In this document: piece by piece, positions 1-13,765 of the stretch
Numbering within the stretch: the first letter of the stretch is position 1
Layout: every line of letters begins with the position of its first letter
DNA from: Gekko japonicus
Lineage: Eukaryota
Assembly: GCF_001447785.1 (NCBI RefSeq)
Contig: NW_015174329.1
Coordinates: 124,001 to 188,000, forward strand
Direction of reading: 5' to 3'
DNA length: 64,000 bases
Translations under genes and position numbers: made by a program
Notes under the pieces: generated by a model
Seen by the model: only the letters and a program-made list of their open reading frames with translations
Told to the model about the DNA's origin: nothing
Database searches by the model: none

Positions 1-100
1 CAAAGCAGCCATTTTCTCCAGGGGGGCTGATCTCTGTCAGCTGGAGATCAGTTGAAAAAGTGGGAGATCCCCAGGCCCCACCTGGAGGCTGGCAACCCTA
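1..100. mobile_element. hAT-type MITE, partial (right end TGGCAACCCTA)
   Basis: Nearly identical to the 3' half of the copy at 1333-1548. Confidence 0.85.
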
Positions 101-1332
101 TACAGTACTAACAGAGCTCACCTGGTAAGAATGCTACCTCAAACTGTGGCAACTGGGTAGTTTGATGGCTCCCTAGATCCTGGCCTGACTAGCCCCCCCA
201 AAAGGGACATCTGTGACAGTGTGAAGTCTGAAAGCACATCTACGATACTGGGATATTTCAACAGTCTGAGAAATTAAATAACGTTTACCCAAAGAAACTG
301 CCTTGAATCAGTATCAAAGAGGCCACAGAACCATGAAGTGTCAACTAAGGGTAAGGAAGGACTTCTCTTTAGCACTGTGGAAATGATTCTGGCATTTTAA
401 AAAGCCAAGCTGTGGGATGGCTTTAGAGGAAGTCATTTATGGAGCCACATGCATCCAGTTCCCTAATCTCAAATTAGCATTTATCTAGAATTTTAGCATT
501 AAGTCCTTTATTACTGTCAATTGATAAAAATAATTCTAAACTGAAGGAAAGGCTTCTGCACTTCATAAAACCTAGGTTAATGTCACCCAAAACATGGATA
601 TACATGGGGTGAAGATAAGTCCTTATAAAACAACCAGTTGGGTTTCATAACACTTACATCACAAAACAAAGCCTTTTACAGGTAGCATTTGGACCTGAAA
701 ATGCTTATATATATACAAAGTTTAATGCACATATACATATATTTTAACACAAAATAATGTTGCTTTCCTCTTTAAAAAGGGAAGGATGTACCATCCCTGC
801 AACTTCCTGTTGATGCTGGCTACCATATTAGATGTCTCAGTACCAAGCCAACCTCCCTCTTCAAAACCCCTGATCAGACAAAACAGCCTTAAAAGCCTCA
901 TCATCTTTTCAGTACCACAATGATGGTGGCTTTAAAAAAAACCTGGTTGACTTATGTATTGATCAGCAAAGTGCTCTTGAGAAGAGTGGAGCAATTTCTT
1001 GGTGATAGGAAAAGCATTCTGATGTATGAAGTAATGAGAGATATTACTATTAATCTGCATTAGTGCATGTGAGAAGAGAACCATAAAATGGCACAGATTC
1101 CCAGTTGATTCATTTTGGACATAACATATATATGCCTCCATATTAAATAAGTACAAACAGTAGTAGCAATATGTTGTTGTACCTCCAAGACATAAATGGA
1201 CATACAAGCCATAGATATCTTCTTACTGTATCTGCATACATCGTGTGAGAAAATTTAGGGGGGTTGTATATGATTGTGATGCTTCCTGGGTCAGAGATCA
1301 CCTCTCTACAATGGTATCCCATCTTCCTCCAG

Positions 1333-1548
1333 TAGGGTTGCGAAGTCTGGGTTGGAAAATACCTGGAGACTTTGGGGGTGGATCTAGGAGAGGGCAGGGT
1401 TTGGGGAGGGGAGGGGCCTCTGCACAGCACGCCACAGAGTTCACCCTTCAAAGCAGCCATTTTCTCCAGGGGAGCTGATCTCTGTCAGCTGGAGATCAGT
1501 TGTAGAAGCAGGAGATCCCCAGGCCCCACCTGGAGGCTGGCAACCCTA
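1333..1548. mobile_element. Non-autonomous hAT MITE
   Basis: TIRs TAGGGTTGC...GCAACCCTA; exact 8-bp TSD TCCTCCAG. Confidence 0.92.
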
Positions 1549-2040
1549 TCCTCCAGCCTCCACAAGAACTCCATAAGCAGATGAGTCTCTAATGGGATAA
1601 ATAACCTTCAACAAAAATTTCTGGAGGTAATGGCCACACTTAGGCAGGGAGATCTACTTGCCAAGCAACATTCAATTTCTTTGCTGCTTTCCTCAGGCGA
1701 AGTCTCCATATCTGTTCCTTGGGGAAGGAATCTCTTTAGCTACAGCCACACTGCTGCAGCATTAGGCCCTGACAGAGCTACAAACTCTACTATATCTGCA
1801 GAGCCTCCAGTTCTGTCCCCCACCTGGCCATGAATGCCTTCACCCTTGTTCCAGGAGGCCAGGTCACCTTAGCATATGGAGACTCCAGGCCCTGCTGGCT
1901 ACCTTTCTATCAAAGCCAGCAAACCTGTCCTTCCTCCCACCTCTGCCTTTTGGCCACTTCTTCCCTGCCTTGCCCACTCCCAGGCTCCCTTACTCTACTC
2001 CTGATGATGCATTTAGACCTGACTAGGCTAGTACTAGCAG

Positions 2041-2258
2041 TAGGGTTGGCAGTTCTGGATGGGGAAATATCTGGAGTTTTGGGGGTGGAGCCTGGGAAGG
2101 GAAGGGTTTGGGGAGGAGAGGAACCTCAGCAAGATACAGTGCCACTGAGTCTGTTCTCCAAAGTAGCTATTTTCTGCAGGGGAACTGATCTCTGTTGTTT
2201 GGAATTCCGTTGCAATAGCAGGGGATCTCCAGGCCCCACCTGGAGGTTGGTAACCCTA
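2041..2258. mobile_element. Non-autonomous hAT MITE, same family as 1333-1548
   Basis: TIRs TAGGGTT...AACCCTA; exact 8-bp TSD ACTAGCAG. Confidence 0.92.
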
Positions 2259-2687
2259 ACTAGCAGCCAGTTCCTCTTCCTGCTCCTGAGGGCCTGCCCT
2301 CCTTCATCAGGTGCACAGCCACTCTTAGGCCTGCTTCTTTGCCCCCTACCCCCAATTTAGGTGCGACAGTGTCATGGATTAAATATAGGTTATTCATCTT
2401 TGTGTCATGAAAAGCTTATTATTTCTCTTGTGATTCTATAGTTCTTTGGGGGATACATAAAGAAGGATTGAGGAATAAATAGTTTACAGATAGGTCCTAA
2501 GCATATTTACTTAATTGCAAGATAAATTTAATTCAATTGTGTTTATACCTTAAGTAGGTATGCTACAGATTATAAGCACAGAATTTATTTGGTGTCTGCC
2601 ATATGCTGCTAGACCAAATATTGCTTTGCTCTGAAGAAAATCAACATCACTCAAGATGTCTTATTGGGAATTTTAAAATGTCATATT

Positions 2688-2900
2688 CAATGCTCCCTGC
2701 TCCCTCTAAGCTGTGGAGTCTTGTGAGCAAAAATTCTACTTTGTGAGCGACTGGCATTAAAGTTGCGAGTGAGCGATTCAGCTACTGCATAAATTGGTTT
2801 GCTCTGGAGCCAGCCTTCCTGAGCTAAGACAAAAATGTGTGAGCCAGAGGCTAAAAAACTGTGAGCTAGCTCACACTAACTCAGCTTAGAGGAAACACTG
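2688..2900. mobile_element. Non-autonomous DNA transposon (hAT-like)
   Basis: TIR-like ends ..CCCTCTAAGCT / AGCTTAGAGGAAACACTG; second copy at 19538-19732. Confidence 0.8.
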
Positions 2901-4069
2901 CTCAATTTGGAAAGGTTTTCTCTGATGTGATAACTTTAGAGAGAACCCCTGTAGGGAATAGCATTAATGTCACACATCTTGATTGAGCACTAAAGTTGTC
3001 TATAATTATCTCTGTCTCAGAGTGCCTGTATGTGATCTTTACCACCATGGCAAATATGTGAAATAGTACCATTAGCAGTTTACCACTAATATCAGTCAGC
3101 CTGGCCATGCAAATGCCCTAGGAAGTTTATTAAAATTATGGTCATTATCACTGCTAAGTCAAAGCATCAGAGGAAATCACACAGAGCATTGTTTCCTCTA
3201 TAAGTGTTTTGTCATCTCAATCCCATGAGAGGTTTACAGTTATTTTAGATTCAGACTTTTTAAAAATAAAAAAGCAGTATTGTTATGAAAGCATCACAGA
3301 AATGCTCTGTTCTTTCTATAAAAATGCTGTAAAGGCCAACTGTATCCTTTAGTTAAGGATGGACAGCTGCGAGAAGGAGTGGCTTTGATTGGTGGAAAGG
3401 TACACCAAAGCTATACCCTACATAGCATGGCAGAACAGAGACTGAACTACACAGTCAGGAAGTCCTGGGTTGGACTCTTGCCTTTGCCATGAACTCACTG
3501 GGTGGTCTTACTCGGCCACACTTGCTCAGCCCACCCCCTTTCTATGATACAGGAATAGTAACACTGACCAACCATACAGAGGTGATGGAAGATTACAAGA
3601 TATTAATGAACATGAAGCAATTTAAACACTTGAAAACAACATACATACAGTAAGTTTTATTCTTATTACATTCTTAGGTACCCCCTAAGAAAAGAGCCTT
3701 TAACAACTGGAATAAAAAAGGCCAAAGAGTGTTCGGTCTAGTATGGATATCTAATTGAGTTATGGTGATTTTGCAGATCTGCAAGACCAGTGAAAGGGTG
3801 ACACCCACTAAACATCAGGATTCATTCCTTTTGAGTTATTTCATCTGATTTCCAAAAGGTCATTTCTAATCTATGGGTGTCTGTCATTGCTTCCAGTTAA
3901 TATAACATCTGCAGTCCACAAGCCATTGATTCCACTGCAGTCCCTTCAAATGCCTTCAGATGTTTATGGACTACAAGGCAGCTGAAATGTAGCTTCCCCA
4001 ACACCTACTTAACTATTTTAATTTTTAACATGTGCAGCCCAAACCCCCAAATTAGAAGCTCTACAAATG

Positions 4070-5870
4070 TTCAAAATATTATTTTTATTTTTAAAAGATC
4101 CTTTAAAAGAACAGTTCCAGCTATGCAAGTAAAGATTCTCAACTAACAGTTAAAGAAAGGCTCACATATGTTTTCCAAAGCTCCATCCTCCACAGGCAGT
4201 AATGGGTATGTGCACAGAGTTGTGAATGGTGGTGTAATCCTGTAAATAAGTTGCAGCTATTCCTCAGGACCACTTTAAATACTACATAGAGGCAGAGCAC
4301 TTGACTGAGATCTATCTTCAACCAATGATGTTTCCCAACAACCATATCATACACTACACGGGTTTGCAAACATGTTGTTTGTCGCAGTCACATTTTACAT
4401 TTTAGGTGTACACTTAAAACATCTTACGCAAACTATTTTTTAATGCAATATATAAAGTGGCCCTGAGAATGGAAAAGATTTCCTGATTTTGCAGTCCCTG
4501 GATAAACAACTTTGGCTATAACTCCAAAAAAAAAAAAGTACTCTAAAGTAATCCTGAAGTAGTCTCAAAATCTTCAGTGGTTCTTCCTTAAGACCATGTA
4601 AAATCAAATGGTTTGTGAACTGCAGCCTTGTGAAGACAAAGAAGTTGGACTGAGTGAACAGAACAACTGAGGTAAGGAAAATGACCCATTTAGAGTACAC
4701 TGGACAGAAAATCTATGATTAGTAGGCTATTGTACAACATAATACAAATCAGCTGTGAATTCATGCAACTTCTGTGAAGAGCACCTCATTTACACTGCTC
4801 TTGGAAGGTTCTCCTGAACAAGACTCAGCACTGTGGGCCATTTGCCAGTCTCTGACTGATAGCATCATCCATCAACAGAGAGGTGCTCTTTCACAACTCC
4901 CATTCATCTCCATGCTGTTTGTGTGGGAGAAGTTGAAACAGATTGTGTCTTGTGACTTTTATGCAAGTCAATCCAAAATAATCAAAGTGCATAGCTGAAA
5001 ATTGTTTGTATCAATTTTTCACACACACATAACCCTCACACACACATACACACATTTCAGTAAAAATAAAGCAGGGAGGCCCCAAGATAACAACTCTAAG
5101 GAAATGCCATTGCTCACCCATGTCAGAAGAAATCACCATTGTGATGAGGTGTCAGAAGCTGGGAATCCAATTCCCACTGATGTACCTTTTCAGTTCAGCA
5201 GATACTGCATATTGGAATTAAACAGAGAGAATTCCACATCATAAATACAAGACCTCAAACAATCCAAAACTGGGTTAGATTTATTTTTTAAAAAAGAACC
5301 AAACAAACCCACAACACAAAGTCTCAACTGTTCCTTCATGACAAGATTTCTTTTCTTTCTTAAAAGAAAGAAAATTTTTTGGGTGAAAATACTCTGCACA
5401 GACAAGTTTCATCAGTTCCCCCAATGTGGTCTGGGGGTGGGGGGGACCACACAGCATATTGCCACATAACACATATCATGGAAGATGCTTGGGTCTGAAC
5501 AGCTGAGAAAGAGAGGAGTGGTATAGTGCAGAAGAGTAGATATTCTGCATAAAACAGATTATCAGTCCAGTCATTTATGAACCTTCTTTGAATACAAGAT
5601 GTGCTGCCCACACATTTCACCCATTCTTTCAAAAACAACACAGATAGCAAAATGACTTCTCAGGCCTGAGCTTCATCTGCAGCATAGGCAACAAAAATAC
5701 ACTTGATTTGATCCAACAATTCATTAATCATCCTGTTGTCTTATTCCAGTTGAAAGAAAGAAAAGTTGGGAGGTCCCCATTTATTGGCTGAGCTAACAAT
5801 GGGGGAAGGGCATGCATAACTTCCAAATGCCAGGTTCTCAGGGGCTCGCCTGTGCCTCTTTGTCAGTTCA
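4070..5870 (-). other. TAL1: TAL1 3' UTR with candidate poly(A) signal AATAAA at 4089-4084
   Basis: Repeat-poor AT-rich sequence downstream of the TAL1 stop; the end point is inferred from the AATAAA. Confidence 0.6.
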
Positions 5871-6289
5871 TCATCGCTGTGCATTGCTTTCGATTGGAAG
5901 AATAGAATGGTGGATGCCTCTTGTGTGCTTAGAATCTAACATGTCGTGCTCCTCTGTGAAACTGTCTGGGCTTCCTGCTCCATCTAATGAACTTCCACAG
6001 CTTGAGTTTGGGGACAACATGTCCTGAAGGAGATCCTCTTGCACTATGCCAGTGTCTTTGCTGACTTTACCCCTTTGGTTTCCTTCTTCTTCCTGGTCGT
6101 TCAGCAGCTTAGCCAAGAAGTTGATGTATTTCATGGCCAGGCGTAAGATTTCATTCTTGCTGAGTTTTTTGTCAGGTGGGTGAGTTGGGATGAGCTTGCG
6201 AAGCTCAGCAAAGGCACCATTGACATTCTGCTGCCTCCACCTCTCCCGGCTATTGGTAAATATTCGACGGACCACTTTTGTATGAGGAC
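5871..6289 (-). CDS. TAL1: TAL1/SCL last coding exon (bHLH domain)
   Basis: [63 protein letters not shown]...[13 protein letters not shown]; acceptor tttttag; TGA at 5873-5871. Confidence 0.98.
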
Positions 6290-6734
6290 CTAAAAATGGC
6301 AAGAAATACAGGGTTAGCAGCAACAAAAAAATTTAAGTGTATACATCCGATCTATTCAATTTAAAGACTAAGGATGGCTTTCAAGCTACAGATATCTTAA
6401 TAAAGCTAATTTCACATTCAAAGTTAATTGACACATCTATATTACATGGTTACATTCACACAGAGGTTTTGCTATGGTTTGGCATCCAAACCAAAGCAAG
6501 GTTTTTGGGAGGAGATCCACATGGCATCATCCCCTAACCATCCACTTTGTGGATTTCTCCCATTTTGTCAGAATCTTTCCCAAACTTGGCATGGACAAGA
6601 AGGTGCATGGTTTTGAAGGTCCTGCTTACATCAGCACTATTTTTGTTTCCTCAGCCTCTACAGATGCCATTTTCCTTTCCTGCCACCAGAGGGCTTTCTT
6701 AGACTTTTTTTAATGGTAATTGCTCTATCATTAT

Positions 6735-6873
6735 ACCGTGTTTCCCTGAAAATAAGACACTGTCTTATATTTATTTTTTCTCAAGAAGACACACTAGGGC
6801 TTATACCACCAATGCATAGAAATCCTGCTAGGGCTTATTTTTGGGGGTAGGTCTTATTTTCGGGAAAACAGGG
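6735..6873. mobile_element. Tc1/mariner (pogo/Tigger-like) MITE
   Basis: Inverted ends CCGTGTTTCCCTGAAAATAAGAC / GTCTTATTTTCGGGAAAACAGGG flanked by TA. Confidence 0.75.
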
Positions 6874-7436
6874 TAGTATTTTCAATATGAACTAGTAGTT
6901 TTTCTGAATTCCCAACTTTTTTCCTCTCTAACCCTTTTTCTTGTGGAGTAATATAGGGGAAGCTTTTGTGGAGATATAAAGGGGAAATTAAATTAGTCTT
7001 AAAACATTATGACCTCTTAGCGAGTGCTCCACATACATAGATCTCTATGCATCTCCTAGAGGGAAATCATCAAGTTAATTGTGACCAATCAAAGATGAAA
7101 TGATCCTGGAAACTCAGTTGTTTTACCAGATGTCTCCCTAAACCAGCATCCTTGACCTGCAATTGACTTCACTGAATTAGGGTTCATTCTGTGGTTGTTT
7201 ATGCTCATGAGCTATATAGATATGCCCGCATGCGGGGAGGGCGGGGTATAAATGAAATAAAATAAATAAATATGCAGGCAGTTATCAGCAGGCTAATAGA
7301 ACAGAACAGAACCCAGCTAGGAAGACAAAGGATGGATGGAAGGAATGGTGGCCAGTAATTACTTTTCTGGAAGGGAAAAACCTAATATAAACCTTAACCT
7401 AAATATAACCTATATGCTTATATTTATATTACCACG

Positions 7437-7686
7437 CCCAGCATATTATTTCAACCTGTGTTAATGTGAAGAAGCAATACAATAGGAAGAAAGGGAAAGA
7501 CCCTCCATATACAGAGGTAGTAAACCCCTGTATACCAGTGCTGGGAGGCAGCATCAGGGGAAGGCATCCACCTCTGTCCCCTATTTATTGCCCTCCAGGG
7601 CAACTAGTCAGCTGCTATACAAAACAGGTTGCTGGAACAGATGGACTACTGCTCTGATCCAGCAAGCTCTACTTATTGTGTTCTTA
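7437..7686 (+). mobile_element. CR1-like LINE 3' tail fragment
   Basis: Degenerate CR1 terminus (gatggactact..ctgatccagca..cttattgtgttctta), similar to 53060-53125. Confidence 0.55.
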
Positions 7687-9149
7687 AGGGAACAGGGCAT
7701 TTTCAGTTATATTGTTTTATAAAATTAAACAAAGGCAACTCAAATATACCAGAAATCATTGTTGTAAATGTTCCCAGATTCATTCAAAATACTACCATGC
7801 AGAAGAGGCAGGACCTTTGTACATCTCAAGTAGGATGGAAACTCCTCTCTTCTGTAGTCACTAATTAATATTACATCATACTAGAATTAATTTGTCATTT
7901 TTATTTATGTTTGCTGTTAGTCCTGGATTCACCTAATTGGGGTAAAATATAAAGCATATAGAGCAGATACTGTGCTCCACTTTAGGAGGGCAACAATAAG
8001 AATAATCCATTAACTGGAAGAGCACAAAGAGATTAAGTATTAAAAGTTGTATAGCTAAGTTATGGTAACTAGCTAAATAGTTGAAATTAATGGAATTCAT
8101 TCAATGGAGAGATGGTTGTGTTAAGAAGCCTTACTTTGCAGACAGCTTGTAACCATTTTATTCATTTTGGTATTAAGAATTATATCTTTCTATAGATTTA
8201 TTTAATTGTGCATTTTTATGAATAAAGGTAGGTATATATATACATTTAAATTCAAATGATTATTGAAAACAAATATTTGAAGCATAAATAAATCAGCCTA
8301 ACTGATGATGAGCTTCCGATGATTGAAGCAAATTAGTTACATATAAATTAATATTATGCAGTAGCAGCAATTTGGAAAGGTACATAGTTTATTTACTATT
8401 CTGTATTATATATTTTATAGTCTGCTTATCTCACTGACTCAGTGATATATTTGTGTATTAAGAGTGTGTGTGTTTCACTGAATATATTACAGAAGGTACA
8501 ATCTTGTCTAATTTATGAAGCCCTGTAAATCATATGTAATAGAAAAAGATTTTAAGGGGGTGGGGGAGAATATTGCAATAACACAGATTGGATTGAATCC
8601 TGTGAACCACAAAAGGAAGGAGTTCCCAGGACAGATGTCTTCCTTCCTGTCTTGCCATTGTGTCCCACAAAAAGCTGCTCCCTGATTACCAATAGGCTAG
8701 AGATGGGGAGCCCTCAAAAACAGAATACAGTATGGTAGGCTGCAGCTTGAGGGGAAATCACAGATGTTATCTGCTCTCCCCCATTTTGTAAGATCTTCTG
8801 CAGAGAGAGCAACTGTTCATGCAAGGGTGGGAGGTGATTTCTACAGATTTCCTTTCTGAAGCCCCCTGCCCACAACCTGCTCTCCAAAGGTCACCAGCCG
8901 TCTAGAATGGCTTTTCAAGAAATGGAGGATCATGCAGGGAGTGGCAAGGGAAATTAAGACAGATCTGTGTTGTGAATTCTTTCTGTTCATGGTTCATAAG
9001 GTCCAACCCAGTATACTGAATCAATGTGTTATTTTACCCCACAGAATCTTTTGATACCTCTTTATCATGAGCCAGGGTTCATGAGCTGGAGTCTCCAGTT
9101 CAAACTGTGACTCTGCCTTGGTATACACAAATTACTGTTCTTTCAGACA

Positions 9150-9262
9150 CATAGAATCATAGAATCATAGTTGGAAGGGACCTCCTGGTCCAACCCCCTG
9201 CACAATACAGGAAGTTCACAAATACCTCCCCCTCCACACCTGCAGTGACCGCTGTTTCATGC
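9150..9262 (-). mobile_element. CR1 LINE 3' tail fragment
   Basis: (CATAGAAT)n repeat followed by agttggaagggacc...gtccaaccccctgc. Confidence 0.7.
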
Positions 9263-9652
9263 ATCTGTAATACAGGAACAATCATGCCAGCCTACCCTGG
9301 AAAGCTATTATAAAAATTATTGTAATGTATGTGAAATGCCTTAAGCACTGAAGGAAAGTAAAATCTACATACTATCATTTTTATGAATTTCAAAAAGGTT
9401 TCCTGTGGTTAAATTAAAGCAGAGATTACAACATTCTATGGCCTATTATGTATATTGTAGTATATTTGATCTTTATAAGATATATTTGATCTTCATAAGA
9501 TATATGGTCCATATACAGGTCTTTGATATAAAAATATTCTTGACAATTGAGACCAGGGTTGAAAAAGAAACAGGAATGTGTCTGTTTGCAGACCATGACT
9601 ATAATCCACAAATGTTTTCCAGCTATTTGCGCATGCCCAACTTCAGTAGGAC

Positions 9653-10121
9653 CAGGGGTCATTTCCTGCCGGAGCACACTGGAGCAGTGCTCCGGCACTA
9701 AGGAGCCCAGAGGCAGCCCCCCCCCCCGCCACCTGGGGGGATTTAAATGCTTTCTTCCCTGCCTGATCTACTCCAGGTGCCCCACAGCCATGGGGCACCT
9801 GGAGAAGATCAGGCAGGGAACCCAGGCATGTCTGCCTGCCCACCCTTGCCTTGCCTTCTTCAGCCAGCCCACCGCAGTGGCTTTCCCCCTGAGCCTCTCC
9901 ACTTTGGTGGAGAAACTCAGGGAAGTGGGGGGGGGATTTAAATGCCTTTCTTTCCCTTTCCCAGATGGGGAAGGGAAAGAAAGGCATTTTAAGGATCTTT
10001 GGAAGATCAGACGGGGAACCCAGGCATGCTTGCATGCCTGCCCTTTGTCAGGGGGTGTGGCATGTGCAAATGAGCTATGCAAATGAGCTCCTGCACCTCT
10101 TTTTCTATGAAATGACCCCTG
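9653..10121. mobile_element. Non-autonomous hAT element
   Basis: 12-bp TIRs CAGGGGTCATTT / AAATGACCCCTG; exact 8-bp TSD AGTAGGAC; internal direct repeats. Confidence 0.9.
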
Positions 10122-10136
10122 AGTAGGACTAATATA

Positions 10137-10138
<2 letters not shown>

Positions 10139-10184
<46 letters not shown>
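10139..10184. repeat. (TG)n microsatellite
   Basis: Directly visible. Confidence 0.98.
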
Positions 10185-10186
<2 letters not shown>

Positions 10187-10199
10187 GATAGTTCTATAG

Positions 10200-10535
10200 A
10201 TTGTAGTGTCTGGCTGCAGTCCCCACCCTCTGTGTAACACACAATGGCATTTAAAATCCTGATATCCACCAGTGTCCAACCAATTAACCCACCCTAAATC
10301 AAAGCAGGAAGTTGATCGTGTGGGATACGCCCACCTGATCCTAACAGATGATCCCTGCTCAATGCTCCATTGAGGAAAGCGAAAAAGCCTCGGTGTCTGC
10401 CAATGTGCCGTGGGGGAAATTTCCTTCCCGATGCCAACCCAGACGACCAGCTCAACCCTGTGCATAAGAGCAAGAACCACCACATGTTAAAGCAGAAGGC
10501 AATAGCAAGCTTCATGTCCTTTTTCCTTCTGCACA
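10200..10535 (-). mobile_element. Old CR1-like LINE 3' region fragment
   Basis: gaggaaagcgaaaaa...ggggaaatttccttcccga...aaccctgtgcat motif resembles reptile CR1 3' regions. Confidence 0.5.
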
Positions 10536-12168
10536 TAACATTGACCCATATTCCCTGTGAACTACATATTGTGTGAGTTAAGACATCTACATAATTGACT
10601 TAACTGGCATAATTCACAAATACCTTCCTGTGGAATTGTGGGATTGGCATCCTTTTTTCAGCACCTGGGCACTGAAGGGACAGTTGAAGTAAGAGGACAA
10701 AGGTTTACCTCATAGATCTGGGGATGCTGGGATGGAATGAGGAATCTGGGAGAAGCCATTGAAAAAGAAATGTTAAACCTACTGATTCTCAAAAATGGGC
10801 ATGTTTTGAACTTAGCCTTGGTTCTCTGTTTGCAAAATAAAAAGCTTACTGGATTTTTTGCCCTCTGTGCTTGAAGCCCTAGTCATTCAAGATACATGGG
10901 AACTGACTGAAGTTTTTCTCTATAGGAGTCATCTGGTGTACTCCCATAGGGAGATTGATCACATTTTTCCCTTTGCAGCTCAGAAGCAGTGGAAACAGAA
11001 ACATGAGTCTTGTTTCCTCAGGCATTAGTTCACAAAAAAGATGGGAACCCAAATCTCATAGATTCAAATCTAATACTGTAGTCCTTCTCAAAACAATTGA
11101 GGTAATATCTAGTCTACTGCATCAAAAAGACCATTATTGGCATTTGGCACAGAATCTGCCAGTCCTAATGCTCAGCATCCACCAGGGGTGAGCATTTATT
11201 TTGCCACATGAACATATGAATTGCAATGCCTCACAAACCCAGTATGGCTTTCATAATAGTACTTAGTAATAAAAGTGCTTTGCCTTTTTTCGCCTAATAG
11301 CTCTTACAAGGCCCCTGGAGAATCCATATTGTTATCTCTGTACTTGCAGGGTTGATGCTGAAAGACTGAAAATTGCCCAAAATCACCTAGCGAGTTCAAG
11401 CTCAGAAGAGGACTATTTAGTAGTTCATGTTCATTGCCACTACACTACACTAGCTCTCTTGGTCTTGCTGACCCATGAGGTCTGCAGGCCTGCTTCCTTG
11501 TCAAAAGGGAATACATTATTGTATTTCCATTCAATTGCCCCAAAGAACTTTATACTCATATTTTGTAATCCATTCCAAGTGCTTGCCATAAAATTGATTC
11601 AGAGAGGAAAATCAACAATTACAAAATTAATTTTTGGTGGCTTGAACGCGGAGGGGGGGTGTCCCTGTTCTGTAAAATGCATGACAAATCAGTACATTTG
11701 TATGGAGGAATGATCCTTATTTTTATGCAAATTCTGTTTAATTTAGCAGATTTCCCAACATTCCCCACTTTTTCCTATTGCCCAGATTCAAACGTCATAA
11801 AGATGTCCTACTGCTATCTATATGCTGTAATTAGCTACCATTCTATAAAAAGCTGCATTTGTGTAATAAACAGTTTTGTTAGTCGTATGTATCAATTGAC
11901 TAGATGATCCATAGAACAGGATTCAGCCATCAAAGTATGATTGACCAATCCTTCAAAGGCTTCTATTAAGATGGTAGTCTTTAAGCATCACACTCAAGAA
12001 TAGTCCCAGTAAAGCCCTGGCAGGCCCTTGGAAACCTGGAGCAAAACACTAGAGGATCATGCCTTGAGAGTCCAATCTATAAACCACTCTAGATGGCAGA
12101 CCCCAGTTTGGCATAAGCACTAAAGTGGCAATTCAGGAAGCAAATAATAGCTGGTACCTTAATACTAG

Positions 12169-12483
12169 GGCCGTGGTGGCTCAGAGGTTAAGATGCTGAG
12201 CTGCAGACCGGAAGGTCTGTAGTTCGGCAGTTCGAGACCCTAGTGCCGCGTGACTGAGTAAGCTCCCATCTCTGGCCACAGCTCCTGCCAACCTAGCAGT
12301 TCAAAAGCAAGAAATTGCAAGTAGATAAATAGGTACCACTTCGGTGGGAAGGCAACAGTGTTTCGTGTGCCTTGGCATTTAGTCATGCCAGCCACATGAC
12401 CACGGAAACATCCTCAGACAGTGCAGGCTCTTCAGCTTGGAAACGGAGATGAACACCACCACCTAGAGTCTTTACCTTACCTT
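12169..12483 (+). mobile_element. Sauria-type tRNA-derived SINE, full length
   Basis: tRNA-like head with A/B boxes, (ACCTTT)n-like tail, 14-bp TSD TACCTTAATACTAG. Confidence 0.88.
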
Positions 12484-13526
12484 TACCTTAATACTAGTGT
12501 TATTAAGACCGCATGAACAATCTCACAAAATTTCAGTGGGATTTAATTTCAGATAATTGCCTGATCTCATGGCTTCATTGGAGGAGCTATAATGCACTAG
12601 TGGAGCTCTCCTATCCACAAAGGCTCCCCTTTCGCATTGATTGAGGGGACTGCACACTCTCTATGTACAAAGGGGTGCACATGCCATGTTGCCCCCTTCA
12701 TTTAACTGAATGGGGAAAGTTATTTGCACAGGAGTTCTGTTGCACCATTAAAGTACACATGGAGCTCTGGAGTGAAGGCAAGGCATTTAAGGTCAAGTTA
12801 TGTGATACCTTATGACCTCTTCACCTTGTTTCTTTTGGAAGGCCTTTTAATTAGACTCTTACCTCTACTTTTAAATTATGGTTTTACGCCTAATGTGTTC
12901 AGTGTCATATGTATTATAATATATAATTTATGAGAGAGATGTATGCATCCACAAACACATGGATTATCATGGGCATGTTCTGAGGAGCCACAGCCAATTA
13001 CAGCAACCTACTGCCTGTACCCAAATGTCTTGAGATGGTATGCATCTCTCTTTCACACTTTATGTATTTATCCACCAAATGCTGGTTAAGAACCAAAGTT
13101 ACTGCACTGCTATGTAAAGTGTGAATCTGCTGTAAAACATATTTACAATTAAAAAATATTTTTCAGCTGGATTGGTCCATTAGGATGAGGTGATAGACCA
13201 TAATAAAAAGATGACACTACTGGTGTTTTTTAATGTATAATACTATCTTACTACCACAGGATAACACCCATGTTCAAGACACAGGTTTATTGCTAAGCTA
13301 TGTGGTATGATGAGGCAGGACTAATCTTAAATTGATGGTGACACTCTCAGTTTATGATTTGCCTTACATTGTTGTATTGAACAACTTAGCCTGTTTCTTT
13401 AAAACAAAATATACACTTGGTTTAAACTGAAATGCCTGATCTGTATATGAATTGTAAAATTAATGACCAATGAAATAGCCTTCCCACTCCTCCACAAACT
13501 CAAATATTTGATCAAAAGTTAACAAG

Positions 13527-13765
13527 TTAAGGTAAAGGTTCCCTTGCTCGAAAGCCAGTCAAATCCGACTCTAGGGTTGCGGTGCTCATCTCCGTTTCAA
13601 AGCCGAAGAGCCAGCGCTGTCTGAAGACATTTCCATGGTCATGTGGCCGGCATGACTAAACACCGAGGCGCATGGAAAGCTGTTACCTTCCCACTGAAGT
13701 GGTACCCTATTTATCTACTTGCAATTTCTTGCTTTCGAACTGCTAGGTTGGCAGGACCTGGGAAT
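13527..13765 (-). mobile_element. Sauria-type SINE, 5' truncated
   Basis: Reverse complement of the body and tail of 12169-12483. Confidence 0.85.

Noticed and set aside
6290-6326. ORF-track N-terminus [12 protein letters not shown] for TAL1
   Set aside because: Intronic polypyrimidine tract upstream of the splice acceptor
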